Part shown: piece by piece, positions 38,968 through 54,689 of the stretch | Layout of the letters: every line of letters begins with the position of its first letter | Numbering within the stretch: position 1 is the stretch's first letter | Source of the DNA: the human T2T-CHM13v2.0 reference genome, Homo sapiens | NCBI RefSeq assembly: GCF_009914755.1 | Contig: NC_060942.1 | DNA: 64,000 bases | Direction: 5' to 3' (one strand) | Position numbers and translations under genes: made by a program | Notes under the pieces: generated by a model | The model's database searches: none | The model's input: the letters and a program-made list of their open reading frames with translations, nothing else | What the model was told of the DNA's origin: nothing

Positions 38968-39704
38968 GTTGTTTGTTTTGGTTTGTAGAAGTTTTTAATA
39001 CATTCTGATACTAATCTTTTGTTCATTATCTGTATGTATCTGAATATTTCTTCCCGGACTTTCGCATATCTTATGATGTCTTTGGTTATATCAAAAATTT
39101 TAATTTTTATGTAGTAGAAATTATTCATTCTTTTGTGGTTTGTGCTTTTTGAATATTGCTTAAGCAATTCTTCCTGATCTAATGACGTGACAATAGTTGC
39201 CTATAGTTTAGAGTGTTAGAGATTTATGCCTTTAAGCCTTTAATGTTTTTTTGTATGGTATGAGGTAGGAATTTTATTTTTACTTATGAATGAACATTTA
39301 TTGAATAGCCCATCCCTTTCACACAGATTTATAGTGCCATCTCTGTCATATATGAAGTTTGCATATTCATGTGGGTCTGATTCTGGGCTGTCTTCTGTTT
39401 CATTGGTCTTTTCATGTGTGTCTGCCTGTGTATGACACCAAATTAGTTACCATATCTTGATATATGGTAGACAGAGTTCTCTGACCTTGTTGTTTAAAAT
39501 TGTAATGGCTTTCTTAGCTTTGCTCTTCCATGTAATTTTAGGATCTACTTTTAAAGTTCTATTTAAAAACTATATTGAGATTTTGATTGGAACTATAGTA
39601 AGTACACAGATTAATATAAAGATAATTTTTTTCTTTACTATAGAAATCCTTCCACACATAAAGATAGTATTCCTTAATTTTTTTGTAGATCTTTCTAAGC
39701 AATT

Positions 39705-40026
<322 letters not shown>

Positions 40027-42344
40027 TAGCAATTTTCTGGTTGTTATTGGTACAGAAGACGTCAACTGAATTTTGTATGTTCATCTTGTATCCAGCAACC
40101 TTGCTGAAAGTTCTTGTTCTAATTGTCTTTATTTCCTTGGATTTTCTATTATTTTTTGTTCGTTTTCTTCTTTCTGATTCTAAATCTCTTTTTTTTTCCT
40201 TCTTGTTGTACTGCGCTAGATAGGTTCTCTAGTACATTGTTGACAGGAAGAAGTAATAGAAGACATTTATCTTTGTCTTTTTCCCAACTTTAACAGTAAG
40301 TGAGTTGTTTTTTTAACTGTAGATTTAGGGCAGATATCTTTTGTTAGGTTAACCAAATTCTTATTTCTAGTTTTCCATGAGTTCTTTGTTTTAAGTGTCT
40401 TAAAGGAGTGCTGAGTTTTACTATTTTATATAATATATAAGTTGTTTCCTCTTACCCACACCTCCATTCTTTGTTCTAATCTTGTCATCTATCACATCTT
40501 CATATTAATAAGTTGTACAACACAGAGTTATAACTTTTGTTTTAATTGGGTATACATCTTTTAAGAAATTAAGAGGGAAGAAATCAGGCTTTTATATTTA
40601 TTCATATATTTACCGTTTCTGGTGTTCTTCATTCCTTCTGACAGATCTGAGTTTCCATCTGGTGTCATTTCCCTTTTACCTGAAGAACTTCCTTTAGCAT
40701 TTCTTAATTTGTTTTGACATTTCTTTACTTGAAAATGTCTTTGTTACATGTAATGAGAAGTCATCCTTTTTTTTTCCCCTGTACATACATTTTTTTTTCC
40801 CTGTGGATGCTTTCAATATTTTGTCTTTCTTTATCTTTGGTTTTCAACAGTTTTAAACAAGATGTGCTGTGGTTGTGGTTTTCTTTGTATTTATCTGCTT
40901 AGGTTTCACTGGACTTAAATTTGCAATTTTGTTCTTCCCCAAATGTGGCCATTTTCAGGGGTTTTTTTCATGTTTTGTTTTTATCCTGTTTCCTCTGTTC
41001 TCTCCTTTTGCAACTCTGATTTCACATATGTTAAATTTTATGCTGTACCACAGCTCACTGAGGCTCTGTTCATTAAAGATTTTTCTTTCCTTTTCAGATG
41101 GGATAATTTCTTTTGATCTCCCTTTAAATGGACTAACCCTGTATTCTGTTGTCTATAATCTGCTGTAATCCCATCAAGTGAATTTCCCATTTCAGACTTT
41201 ATATTTTTGTATTTTACATGATTCTGTGTGGTTCTTTTTTAAAGTTTTAATTTGTTTGATAAGAGTTTCCTCTGTTCAGTTATTATTAATTTCTTGAACA
41301 TATTTATAGTAGGTACGTTATAGTCCTTGCCAACTGATTTCCACGTCTGGGTCATCTTCTGTTCAGTATCCATTGACTGCTTATTTTCTTGACTCAACTT
41401 TTCTGTTTATTTTCATGTCTCGTAATTTTTTATTGTATACTGGATATTGTGGATAATATGCTTTTTGACCCTCAATTCTCTCTTCTCTTAACGAATATTG
41501 ATTCCTTGCTGGCTAGATTTAAACTCCAAATTCTGCCTCCCTGGCATTGGGCAACATCATTGATATCTCTGTTCAGTTCTTTCAGCTATCTAAATGTTCC
41601 TTTTCTTTGGAGCCTTTGGAGTCTGTCCTGTGTTATATGATTCAAGGTTCAACTAAAGATGGTGGTGAAGTTTACATAGATATTTTAGGGTTCTCACTTT
41701 TCTAGTATTTCCTGCCTCACTTTCCAGTTGCCTGCTAGTTCCAAATCTCATCCTTTGATGCTTCAAGCCAATATGATTGTGACTTCCTTCTTGAGTTTCA
41801 GTAACTCTGCACAGTGTAGGCTGGTAACTGCTGTTATTTGTGAGTAGATTAGTCTAGAATAAGCTCCTCTACTTTTCTGTGTGTGAGTGTCTCATGCTTT
41901 CACTTTCAGCTTTTCTGAATCCTTATGTTTTTGGTGTATGTCTCGTAAATAGCATTTAGCTTTTACTTTTTAAAAAAAATCCAGTTTGACAATTTAGATA
42001 TATTTAGTCATTTTGTCTTAATTTTAATAACTGATGTATTGGGATTTATTTCTACCATTTTGTGCTGTCTATAGGTGTGGTTTCTCTATTATTTTAAATT
42101 CCTTTCTCATTTTATTTTAAAGTGATTGATTTTCTATTTCCTCCTTTTTCAACTTTGATTTTTAACTTACACATTCTGTTTTTATTTAATTAGTTGTTAC
42201 CTTTTAATTCTCAACATATTTGCTCTTTAAAAAGCTAAAATTAATCTTTCTACCCTATCCCTAAACACAATGACCTTAAAATGCTTTAATTTCAATTGTC
42301 TTTCTTCCTTCTCACATGATACGTTTTCTGGCATTTTTATTTAT

Positions 42345-43210
42345 TTACTAAATAATTATTGAACTCTTCTACCTTGTGCCAAGTACTGTTCCAGATGATG
42401 TAGTAATAACATTAAGCCACATAAAGTTCCTGTCATTTTGGAGCTTACAAGATAATTAATAAATTAATTAAGATACATTATGATGTAAATTACTACTTGG
42501 TGCTACAGTGGAAAGTAATGCATTAGGAAAAGATAAAGAATAACATTGGGGGTGGAGATGCTGTCTTGTAGATTAGTTTCTGCTCTCTTCAGACATTTCA
42601 TAACATCTTTAGGGCTCAAGTATGAAAAACATAATTCCCATGCTGGGGATGTTTACAATCTAACCAAAGAGTCCCGGGGAAAAGATACATATATGGAAGC
42701 CACTGGCACACGGTGGGTGAAGCTGTGCCACTGCTGAAATTCCCAGGGAGGATGTGTATAGTGTCAGGGGTCTTGAGAACAGATCCGGAGAAGAGTAGGG
42801 AACCAATAAAGAAGACTTCAAAGCATGGTCAGAAAAGTAGGAGAACAAGAAATGACCCTGAGAGCCAAGAGAAGAGGCTTTATTTATAGCCTGCCTATTC
42901 TAAAAATAATTTAAGATGGCTAAGATATCAAGTAGAATGAAGCTGAGAAAGAGACTTGTGTTGCTAGGTAGGACATTACAGTTACTTGATTAACAGATGG
43001 TTTCATTGAAGTGAAGACTTGCCTTAGGGATAGAGAAAAAGACTTCTTGTGCAGAAGATGGTAAAGGAAGAACAAATAGAATGATAATTGGAGAGGTTGG
43101 TGTTGTAGCAAAAACATGTAGAAAATCTTAGAGATTTGGGGGATTCCATGACCAGAAAATAACATGAGCCCCTGGCCTGGAGGAAGTTCCTGCTGGATCC
43201 TTTACTTCCC
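42345..43210 (-). mobile_element. L2 fragments
   Basis: taaataattattgaac...tgtgccaagtactgttc...ggagcttaca tail, then purine-rich body. Confidence 0.6.
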
Positions 43211-43579
43211 AGAAACTGCTCCCCTGGTAGGCGGTGTATTTTCCTGTGTCTGAGTTCATAGTGGGCAGAAAGATGCGTATTTTGCTGAAACTCCAACGCA
43301 GTGTTCTCTTGTAATGATCTGGCATTAATCTTCGTGTGATTAAAAATTAAAGTATGAGAAGAAATTAGTAACTTACCTGGCCTTTGCTTTTCAGACTCTT
43401 TAGCATGATAGTTAAGATTTCCTCTGTTCTGAACACACCCCTTTACTCCTGTCTCCCAATTAATTCTTCTGTTTGCTGTTCCCCAGACATTCCCTGCAAT
43501 TTCTTGCCTCCCTATTTTAACTCACACTGTTTTGTCCACTTGAGATATTGTTTTGCCTTTTCCTAACTCATACCAATTC

Positions 43580-43815
43580 TCTAGTCATTCTCCCCACCAG
43601 TTTCTCTTTTTTGTGCGCTATAGCCCGTCACAACTCTCGGCATCTTTTGCAAAGACTTAAACTGTGAAATGACATGCAAACTCACTTTGTTGTCTCTCCT
43701 TCTATATTGCAAGCTCGTTGAGGATAGGGACTGAACATTTTTCATGTTTGTGTGCATCAGACTGCTTAGTGTAGTGTTTTGCACATATTTGAGAAAGTTT
43801 GAGTGAATTAGGGAT
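43580..43815 (+). mobile_element. L2 3' fragment
   Basis: attgcaagctcgttgaggatagggactg...gcacatatttgagaaagtttgagtgaat. Confidence 0.55.
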
Positions 43816-44037
43816 ATGTGATTCTGTGATAGACTAAGTAACGCCGTGTCTAAGATGAGCAGGTCATATACTAGGTTCTAGTTTGTAGCTCTTAAAATTT
43901 ATATTGAAGTTCTGCTTTTTTGCAGTCTCCTGTAAAAGTAGAGTCCTTAATTTAGATCCTCCACTGATTTGTATCTTCATTTTTTTCTTGACAGGATATA
44001 TACCTATATAAATCAATAATTATAGGTTGCAGATTGG

Positions 44038-44575
44038 TGTATCAGGATGCTTTTCACTGTAGTAGCAGAATACCCAGTTAAATCAGTGAGGGCTTTATCA
44101 TCTTGCATAACAAGAAGTTCAGACATTGGGAGGTCTGGTCTTAGGGTTGGTCTGGCTCCATGAAATCATGAGGGTCCTGCGTGCTCTCCATGTTTTCAAT
44201 TTGTTATCCTCAGCATGTCATTGATGGCATGTTGATGATGGCTTCCCCCATGGCCTCAAGATGGTTACATTACTTCTAAGCATACACTACTTCTGTACTC
44301 TCCAACAATAGCCAAAGGTTGAAAAGTGTAGTTTCTCCTTCAACATCTCTATGAGGGATATAACTGTTTCTGAATGCTTCCCAGCAGACCTCCCTTTCAG
44401 TACCATTAGTCAGGATTTGGTCACTTCTATTAGCTAGAGGAATAGAATGACCGTGGTTGGCTTGGACCAGTCAGGAATAGGTGGCCTAGCAGAGAATGGT
44501 CACTTGAATTCAGTTGGAGGTCAAATGCAATGAAAAATGTCAAGGTTGGATAAGGAACAAACAGTGTCTCCCACA
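44038..44575 (-). mobile_element. MLT1K-like solo LTR
   Basis: tgtatcaggatgctttt...cataacaagaagttcag...ggcctcaagatggtt...aacagtgtctcccaca. Confidence 0.7.
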
Positions 44576-45063
44576 GTGCTGTGTAGGTGTCTTTGGCCTT
44601 CCCACCTGGAAAGTTAAGATCCTCACAGTTTCCTAAGAGGGAGAGAGATAATTTTGTATTTCCACTGAGCTTGGCATTGGATCTCAGTAATAGTTTATTA
44701 ACTCACTAATTCATGTAATAGACATTAACGGAACACATTTTGTGCCACGTACTGTGCTCAGTATTGGGGAAGAAGCTGAATAAGGCATGATCCTGGCACT
44801 CAGGTGGTAGCTGCCTACAGTTAAGTGGAACAGGGTGGCTGACTAAGGGGGGAGAATAGAGTTATTCTAAAATAAACTGATTTTAGGACATTCATTTTTC
44901 AACAGGAGATGTGGGACATGTGGATTTGGGATATGAATTCATTTGAAAAACCACTTTGGGTAAGTTGATAGTTGGGAGTGAATGACTTTAGGGCTCTACT
45001 TCTCTTACATTGGGGTTTGATCTTACAGCTAGCTTCTTAGGTTTTAAAAATTATGTTGATTGG

Positions 45064-46084
45064 GGGGGCGGTTCCAAGATGGCCGAATAGGAGCAGCTCC
45101 AGTCTACAGCTCCCAGTGTGAGCGACACAGAAGACGGGTGATTTTTGCATTTCCAACTGAGGTACCGGGTTCATATCACTGGGGATTGTCGGACAGTGGG
45201 TGCAGGACAGTGGGTGTAGCACACCGAGCTGAAGCAGGGCGAGGCATCACCTCACTCGGGAAGCACAAGGGGTCAGGGAATTCCCTTTCCTAGCCAAGGG
45301 AAGGAGGGACAAACGGCACCTGGAACATCGGGTCACTCCCACCCTAATACTGCGCTTTTCTGATGGTCTTAGCAAACGGCACACCAGGAGATTATATCCC
45401 GTGCCTGGCTCGGAGGGTCCTACGCCCACGGAGCCTCGCTCATTGCTAGCATAGCAGTCTGAGATTGAACTGCAATGTGGCAGCGAGGCTGGGGGAGGGG
45501 CACCCGCCATTGCTGAGGCTTGAGTAGGTAAACAAAGTGGCTGGGAAGCTCGAACTGGGTGGAACCCACCGCAGCTCAAGGAGGCCTGCTGCCTCTGTAG
45601 TCTCCACCTCTGGGGGCAGGGCATAGCCGAACAAAAGGCAGCAGAAACCTCTGCGGACTTAAATGTCCCTGTCTGACAGCTTGGAAGAGAGTAGTGTTTC
45701 TCCCAGCATGGAGTTTGAGATCTGAGAATGGACAGACTGCCTCCTCAAGTGGGTCCCTGAACCCCAAGTAGCCTAACTGGGAGGCACCCCCCAGTAGGGG
45801 CAGACTGACACTTCACACGGCCGGGTACCCCTCTGAGCTGAAACTTCCAGAGGAACAATCAGGCAGCAACATTTGCTGTTGACCAGTATTCGCTGTTCTG
45901 CAGCCTCCGCTGCTGATACCCAGGCAAACAGGGTCTGGAGTGGACCTCCAGCAAACTCCAAGAGACCTGCAGCTGAGGGTCCTGACTGTTAGAAGGAAAA
46001 CTAACAAACAGAAAGGACAACCACACCAGAACCCCATCTGTACATCACCATCATCAAAGACCAAAGGTAGATAAAACCACAAAT
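45064..46084 (+). promoter_or_regulatory. L1 5' UTR with internal sense and antisense promoter region; YY1 site
   Basis: YY1 core caagatggcc at 45075-45084; locally GC/CpG-rich; activity inferred from L1 biology, not shown. Confidence 0.7.
45247..45510 (-). CDS. ORF0: L1 antisense ORF0 homologue, open, 87 aa
   Basis: MAGAPPPASLPHCSSISDCYASNERGSVGVGPSEPG... matches the primate L1 ORF0 N-terminus; gcaATGG context; expression unknown. Confidence 0.7.
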   Translation of the reverse strand: MAGAPPPASLPHCSSISDCYASNERGSVGVGPSEPGTGYNLLVCRLLRPSEKRSIRVGVTRCSRCRLSLLPLARKGNSLTPCASRVR

Positions 46085-47100
46085 ATGGGGAAAAAACAGA
46101 GCAGAAAAAATGAAAATTCTCAAAATCAGAGCACCTCTCCTCCTCCAAGGGAACACAGCTCCTCACCAGCAACGGAACAAAGCTGGACAGAGAATGACTT
46201 TGACGAGTTGAGTGAAGAAGGCTGCAGACGATCAAACTTCTCCGAGCTAAAGGAGGAAGTTCGAACCCAACGCAAAGAAGTTAAAAACCTTGAAAAAAGA
46301 TTAGACGAATGGCTAACTAGAATAACCAATGCAGAGAAGTCCTTAAAGGACCTGATGGAGCTGAAAACCACAGCACGAGAACTACATGACGAATGCGCAA
46401 GCTTCAGTAGCCGATTCGATCAACTGGAAGAAAGGGTATCAGTGATGGAAGATCAAATGAATGAAATGAAGTGAGAAGAGAAGTTTGGAGAAAAAAGAAT
46501 AAAAAGAAATGAACAAAGCCTCCAAGAAATATGGGACTATGTGAAAAGACCAAATCTACATCTGATTGGTGTACCTGAAAGTGATGGGGAGAATGGAACC
46601 AAGTTGGAAAACACTCTGCAGGATATTATCCAGGAGAACTTCCCCAACCAAGCAAGGCAGGCCAACATTCAGATTCAGGAAATACAGAGAACGCCACAAA
46701 GATACTCCTCCAGAAGAGCAACTCCAAGACACATAATTGTCAGATTCACCAAAGTCAAAATGAAGGAAAAAATATTAAGGGCAGCCAGAGAGAAAGGTCG
46801 GGTTACCCACAAAGGGAATCCCATCAGACTAACAGCTGATCTCTCAGCAGAAACTCTACAAGCCAGAAGAGAGTGGGGGCCAATATTCAACATTCTTAAA
46901 GAAAAGAATTTTCAACCCAGAATTTCATATCCAGCCAAACTAAGCTTCACAGTGAAGGAGAAATAAAATACTTTACAGACAAGCAAATGCTGAGAGATTT
47001 TGTCACCACCAGGCCTGCCCTACGAGAGCTCCTAAAGGAAACACTAAACATGGAAAGGAAGAACCGGTACCAGCCACTGCAAAAACATGCCAAATTGTAA
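46085..47100 (+). pseudogene. ORF1: L1 ORF1p (RNA-binding), disrupted
   Basis: MGKKQSRK... start; premature TGA at 46472-46474 (CGA>TGA); frameshift near 46950; native stop at 47098-47100. Confidence 0.95.
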
Positions 47101-47163
47101 AGACCATCAATGCCAGGAAGAAACTGCATCAACTAACTAGCAAAATAGCCAGCTGACATCATA

Positions 47164-50964
<3,801 letters not shown>

Positions 50965-51846
50965 ACAATGAGAACACTTGGACACAGGAAGGGGGACATC
51001 ACACACTGGGGTCTGTTGTGGGATGGGGGAGGGGGGAGGGATAGCAATTAGGAGATACACCTAATATAAGTGATGAGTTAATAGGTGCAGCACACCAACA
51101 TGGCATGTGTATACATATGTAACAAACCTGCACATTGTGCATGTGTACCCTCGAACCTAAAAGTATTATAATAAAAAAAATTATGTTGATTGGACTTTAT
51201 GCCTCATATACAAGCAAGAGAATGGCTTGTACTAAAATCCCAGTTTAGTAATTTGAGAAATGTAACAATAAAGCATAGTCCCAATACTAATTAATTAGTA
51301 CACTCACTTCTGATTAGGGAGGTCAATCTGAAGGCTAAATAAGGACCAGTTTCAGAAATTGAAAGATACTTGTTATATAGGATTTAACCTGCTTGAACTT
51401 AACCCAGTAATCCTGTCATGTGATCTAGAAATCATTCCCAGAGCCATTGCTGAAGATACAGGATGAAAGTTTGTCTGTGAGCTTTGCTTTGCAGTGTTCC
51501 AAATGACCATTTGAGTTCTTGTTGTGTAAGTATACATGAGAAAGGCTCTCCATTGTTTATTTAATCTGAGAAGGTGCCTCTAGAAATAATACCATTTAAA
51601 ATTTACCAAGTGTTTACTGTCATGTATGAGTGTGTTGTTCATTTTCTCATTTAGTTTAGTGCAATGGGGCTATAAGGAAAATATGTTTTTCTCATTTAAA
51701 GGAACAAAGAGGCTCAGGTTTTTGCAAATACAGTAACATTGCTAGGGGTCACATAACTCATAAGTGTTGCTGCAACTGAAATTTGAACTCATTTGAATTT
51801 CAGCATTTGGCTTAATAGACACTGATTTCTGTCTTAATATGCTGAT

Positions 51847-52391
51847 TGTGTGGGGGTTCCCAAGACCCACCCGTAGGTTCAGTGATTGGCTAGAAGGACT
51901 CACATGATCCAGCATCAGTTGTACTAACAGCCAGGATTTATTACAGCACAGGAAAAAGGTGCACGGGGTGAAGTTCAGAGGCAAACAGACACAAGCTTCC
52001 AAGAGTCCTCTCCCTATGGAGTCACACAGGATGTACATAATTCTTCCAGCAATGAATCGTGACAACATGTGTGAAATGTTGTGTACTAGGGAACCTCATT
52101 AGAGAGTCAGTGCCCGAGATTTTTATTGAGTCTGGTCATGTAGGCATCTCCTGCCTAACACATACCAAAATTCCAGATTCCCGGAAGGAAAGCAGATGTT
52201 TATACAAACAATACAATGTTGTTTGTAAAGTTTAGGCACAGTGAATCACGCTTATCATTTAGGAAAAGTTTTATATCAATGTAGGGAACTGTTCACCATT
52301 AAAGTTTCCACATGCCAGCCAAGGGCCAATCTCGACAACCAAGTCCTTCTAAGGATAGCAATCTTAGGCCTGTTAACTTTTTTCCTGTACA
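51847..52391 (-). mobile_element. MER68 (ERVL) solo LTR
   Basis: TG...CA ends, perfect 5-bp TSD ctgat (51842-51846, 52392-52396); right end matches the recalled MER68 start in reverse complement. Confidence 0.85.
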
Positions 52392-52497
52392 CTGATTTAT
52401 TCATTTGAAGCAGTTGTGATTATTATCATTCAGCTTTTGACAAGTAATGAGAAAAGTACATATTATGGCAAACTAAATTATTTAATGGAATCTGTTT

Positions 52498-53073
52498 TGT
52501 GGAGGGTGGAGAGGTCCCAGTTGCCGCTGATTTTCTGGAAGGATGCACACAACATAAAGCTGTACTCATGGCTCAAGTTTATTACAGCAAAGGATACAAT
52601 GCAGGAAGAAGGTAAATGGTAGAGTGGGTAGGCATAGGCTTCCAGGTCCTATCTCAGTGAGAATCACAGGGACATGCTTTTCTCTCCAGCAGTGAGTGAT
52701 AGAGACACATGCAAGATGTCTCTAGCCAGAGAAGCACACAAGTGTTACAGTCCAGAGTTCTTACAGGGAGCTAGTCACATAAGCACATTCCTACCATATG
52801 ACCAGCTCTGGTAACTGAAACTGGGGACCCCACACCAGACACCAGGTACACATAATAAATCTTAATGATTACTTTAAAACAATGCTGACAGCCTGGTACA
52901 TCCTGACTCACTGCCTGGAGCATACACAAAAAGATCATTAACAAGTGACTGTTAACAATCCAGGAACATAGTTCTCAGAGTTTGGCTAGGGTCATTGCCG
53001 TGACTCCAGGAATCCCCTAGAGATTAGCACAACCTAAGTAAAACGGACCTGCTGTGTTAACTCGATTCATACA
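52498..53073 (-). mobile_element. MER77-like (ERVL) solo LTR
   Basis: tgtactcatggctcaagtttattacagcaaaggataca ... gacctgctgtgttaactcgattcataca; MER21/68/77 group motifs. Confidence 0.7.
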
Positions 53074-54689
53074 GTTGAAATACTGTTGGATTTGTTGAAT
53101 GCAATATTTAATGCTAGATATACTCTTTAGAGTATGATATTCTAAATGTAGAAACAATAATTGATGGTAAAATAGCTGACCAATTTTGTTTCTCTGAGAA
53201 GTTTGTAGATTTTTTTTTTAATTAGGGATTTATAGATTCTTTTCTTTTAGGGTGACTTTTGGATTTCCTATTTTTGTCCACAGCTATTTGTATTATATAA
53301 TGATATGTGTTATGTTAAAGAGTAATACAAAAATATTAACTTAAAGACAGTTATTTCAAAATTAACCTTCACTTTGTGAAGGTCTTCCTTGTGATTGGCT
53401 TTATAACACAATGGGATCCTTTTTTACAGAATTTGCAGAATTGTGGAAATACCAGTTTTGCAGAAAGCACATCAGCCATAGTTTTTTTTAAAAAAGAATG
53501 TCTGATTCCAGGATATGGAATCAATCTTTGCCGCTTTATTTATTGCTAGTTGAAACCTGCTTTATGTTATACAGAAACAACAAAGTGGATGGTGACAGTC
53601 CCCTGCTTAAAAATGGGACATTCTGAGTTAACATAGTTAAATAGATTCCCATATTTTTCCTTATTGCAGAACTTTACAGACCCTTTAGTAGGATAATATG
53701 CAATGTGAATCTACCAGGACAAATAGAGTATAGACTGTTTCCTCGACTTACTTGACTCTGGAATGTCTTTAGTGAAGACTGTCTCAGTTATTGGTCCTGC
53801 AATAACAGTGTTCTTTAGAACAAAATGGACCAGAGGGAAAGACTGTCTTAAGGACAGGGAAAGGCCATTAGAGGGTTTTAGGTCAAAGAGAGACAGAAAC
53901 AAAACAACTGTAGAAAAAACTTACTTTAAACAAACAAAACCTTGTATCATATGCTGCTTTCTCATAAAACCTGTTCAGAAACTTCCCTATCTTGATGTTT
54001 CTTTGCCTGTCAGGTTTCCTTAATTGATATTTCTCTTTGGAATGTGAATGGCATGTCTCTTAGATTGGTGTTTAACAGTGTGATTAGATGTGGGTCGTTA
54101 CATTCATGCTTGTACCACCTACAGTACCTGACACAGTATCAAGAACATCATTGGACAAAATAAATATCCAGAGAGCATGAAATGAGTTGTGACTCAAAAA
54201 TACAGGCATGTCCATGTTATTGTACTTTGTTTTATTGTACTTCACAGATACTACTTTGTTTTTTTTTTTTTTTTTTTTTTTTTCAACAAATGGAAAGTTT
54301 GTGGCAACCCTACACTGAAAAAGTCCATAGGCACCATTTTTCCAACAGCATCTGCTCACTTTGTGTCTTTATGTCACATTTTGGTAATTCTTAGAGTATT
54401 TCAGAGGTTTTCATTATTATATCTGTTGTGGTGATTTTTGATTAGTGATCTTTGTTGTTATTATTGTAATCATTTTGAGGTACCACAAACTTGTGCCCAT
54501 ACAAGACGGCAAGTTTAATCAATAAATGTCTTTTCTGACTGCTCCGCCGACCAGCCGTTTCCCTGTCTCTCTCCCTCTCCTCGGGTATCCCTGTTCCCCA
54601 AGATACAACACATACACCACCACACTCTGCTAAGCAACAGTATTGAAAGGATGCAAATTAATAACCCTACAGTGGCCTCTAAGCATTCA

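Noticed and set aside
41820-42340. Apparent out-of-order L1ME segment suggesting a rearrangement
   Set aside because: Too degenerate to distinguish from two independent old insertions by eye.
45064-45960. CpG-rich segment as a host gene promoter
   Set aside because: Fully explained by the L1 5' UTR.
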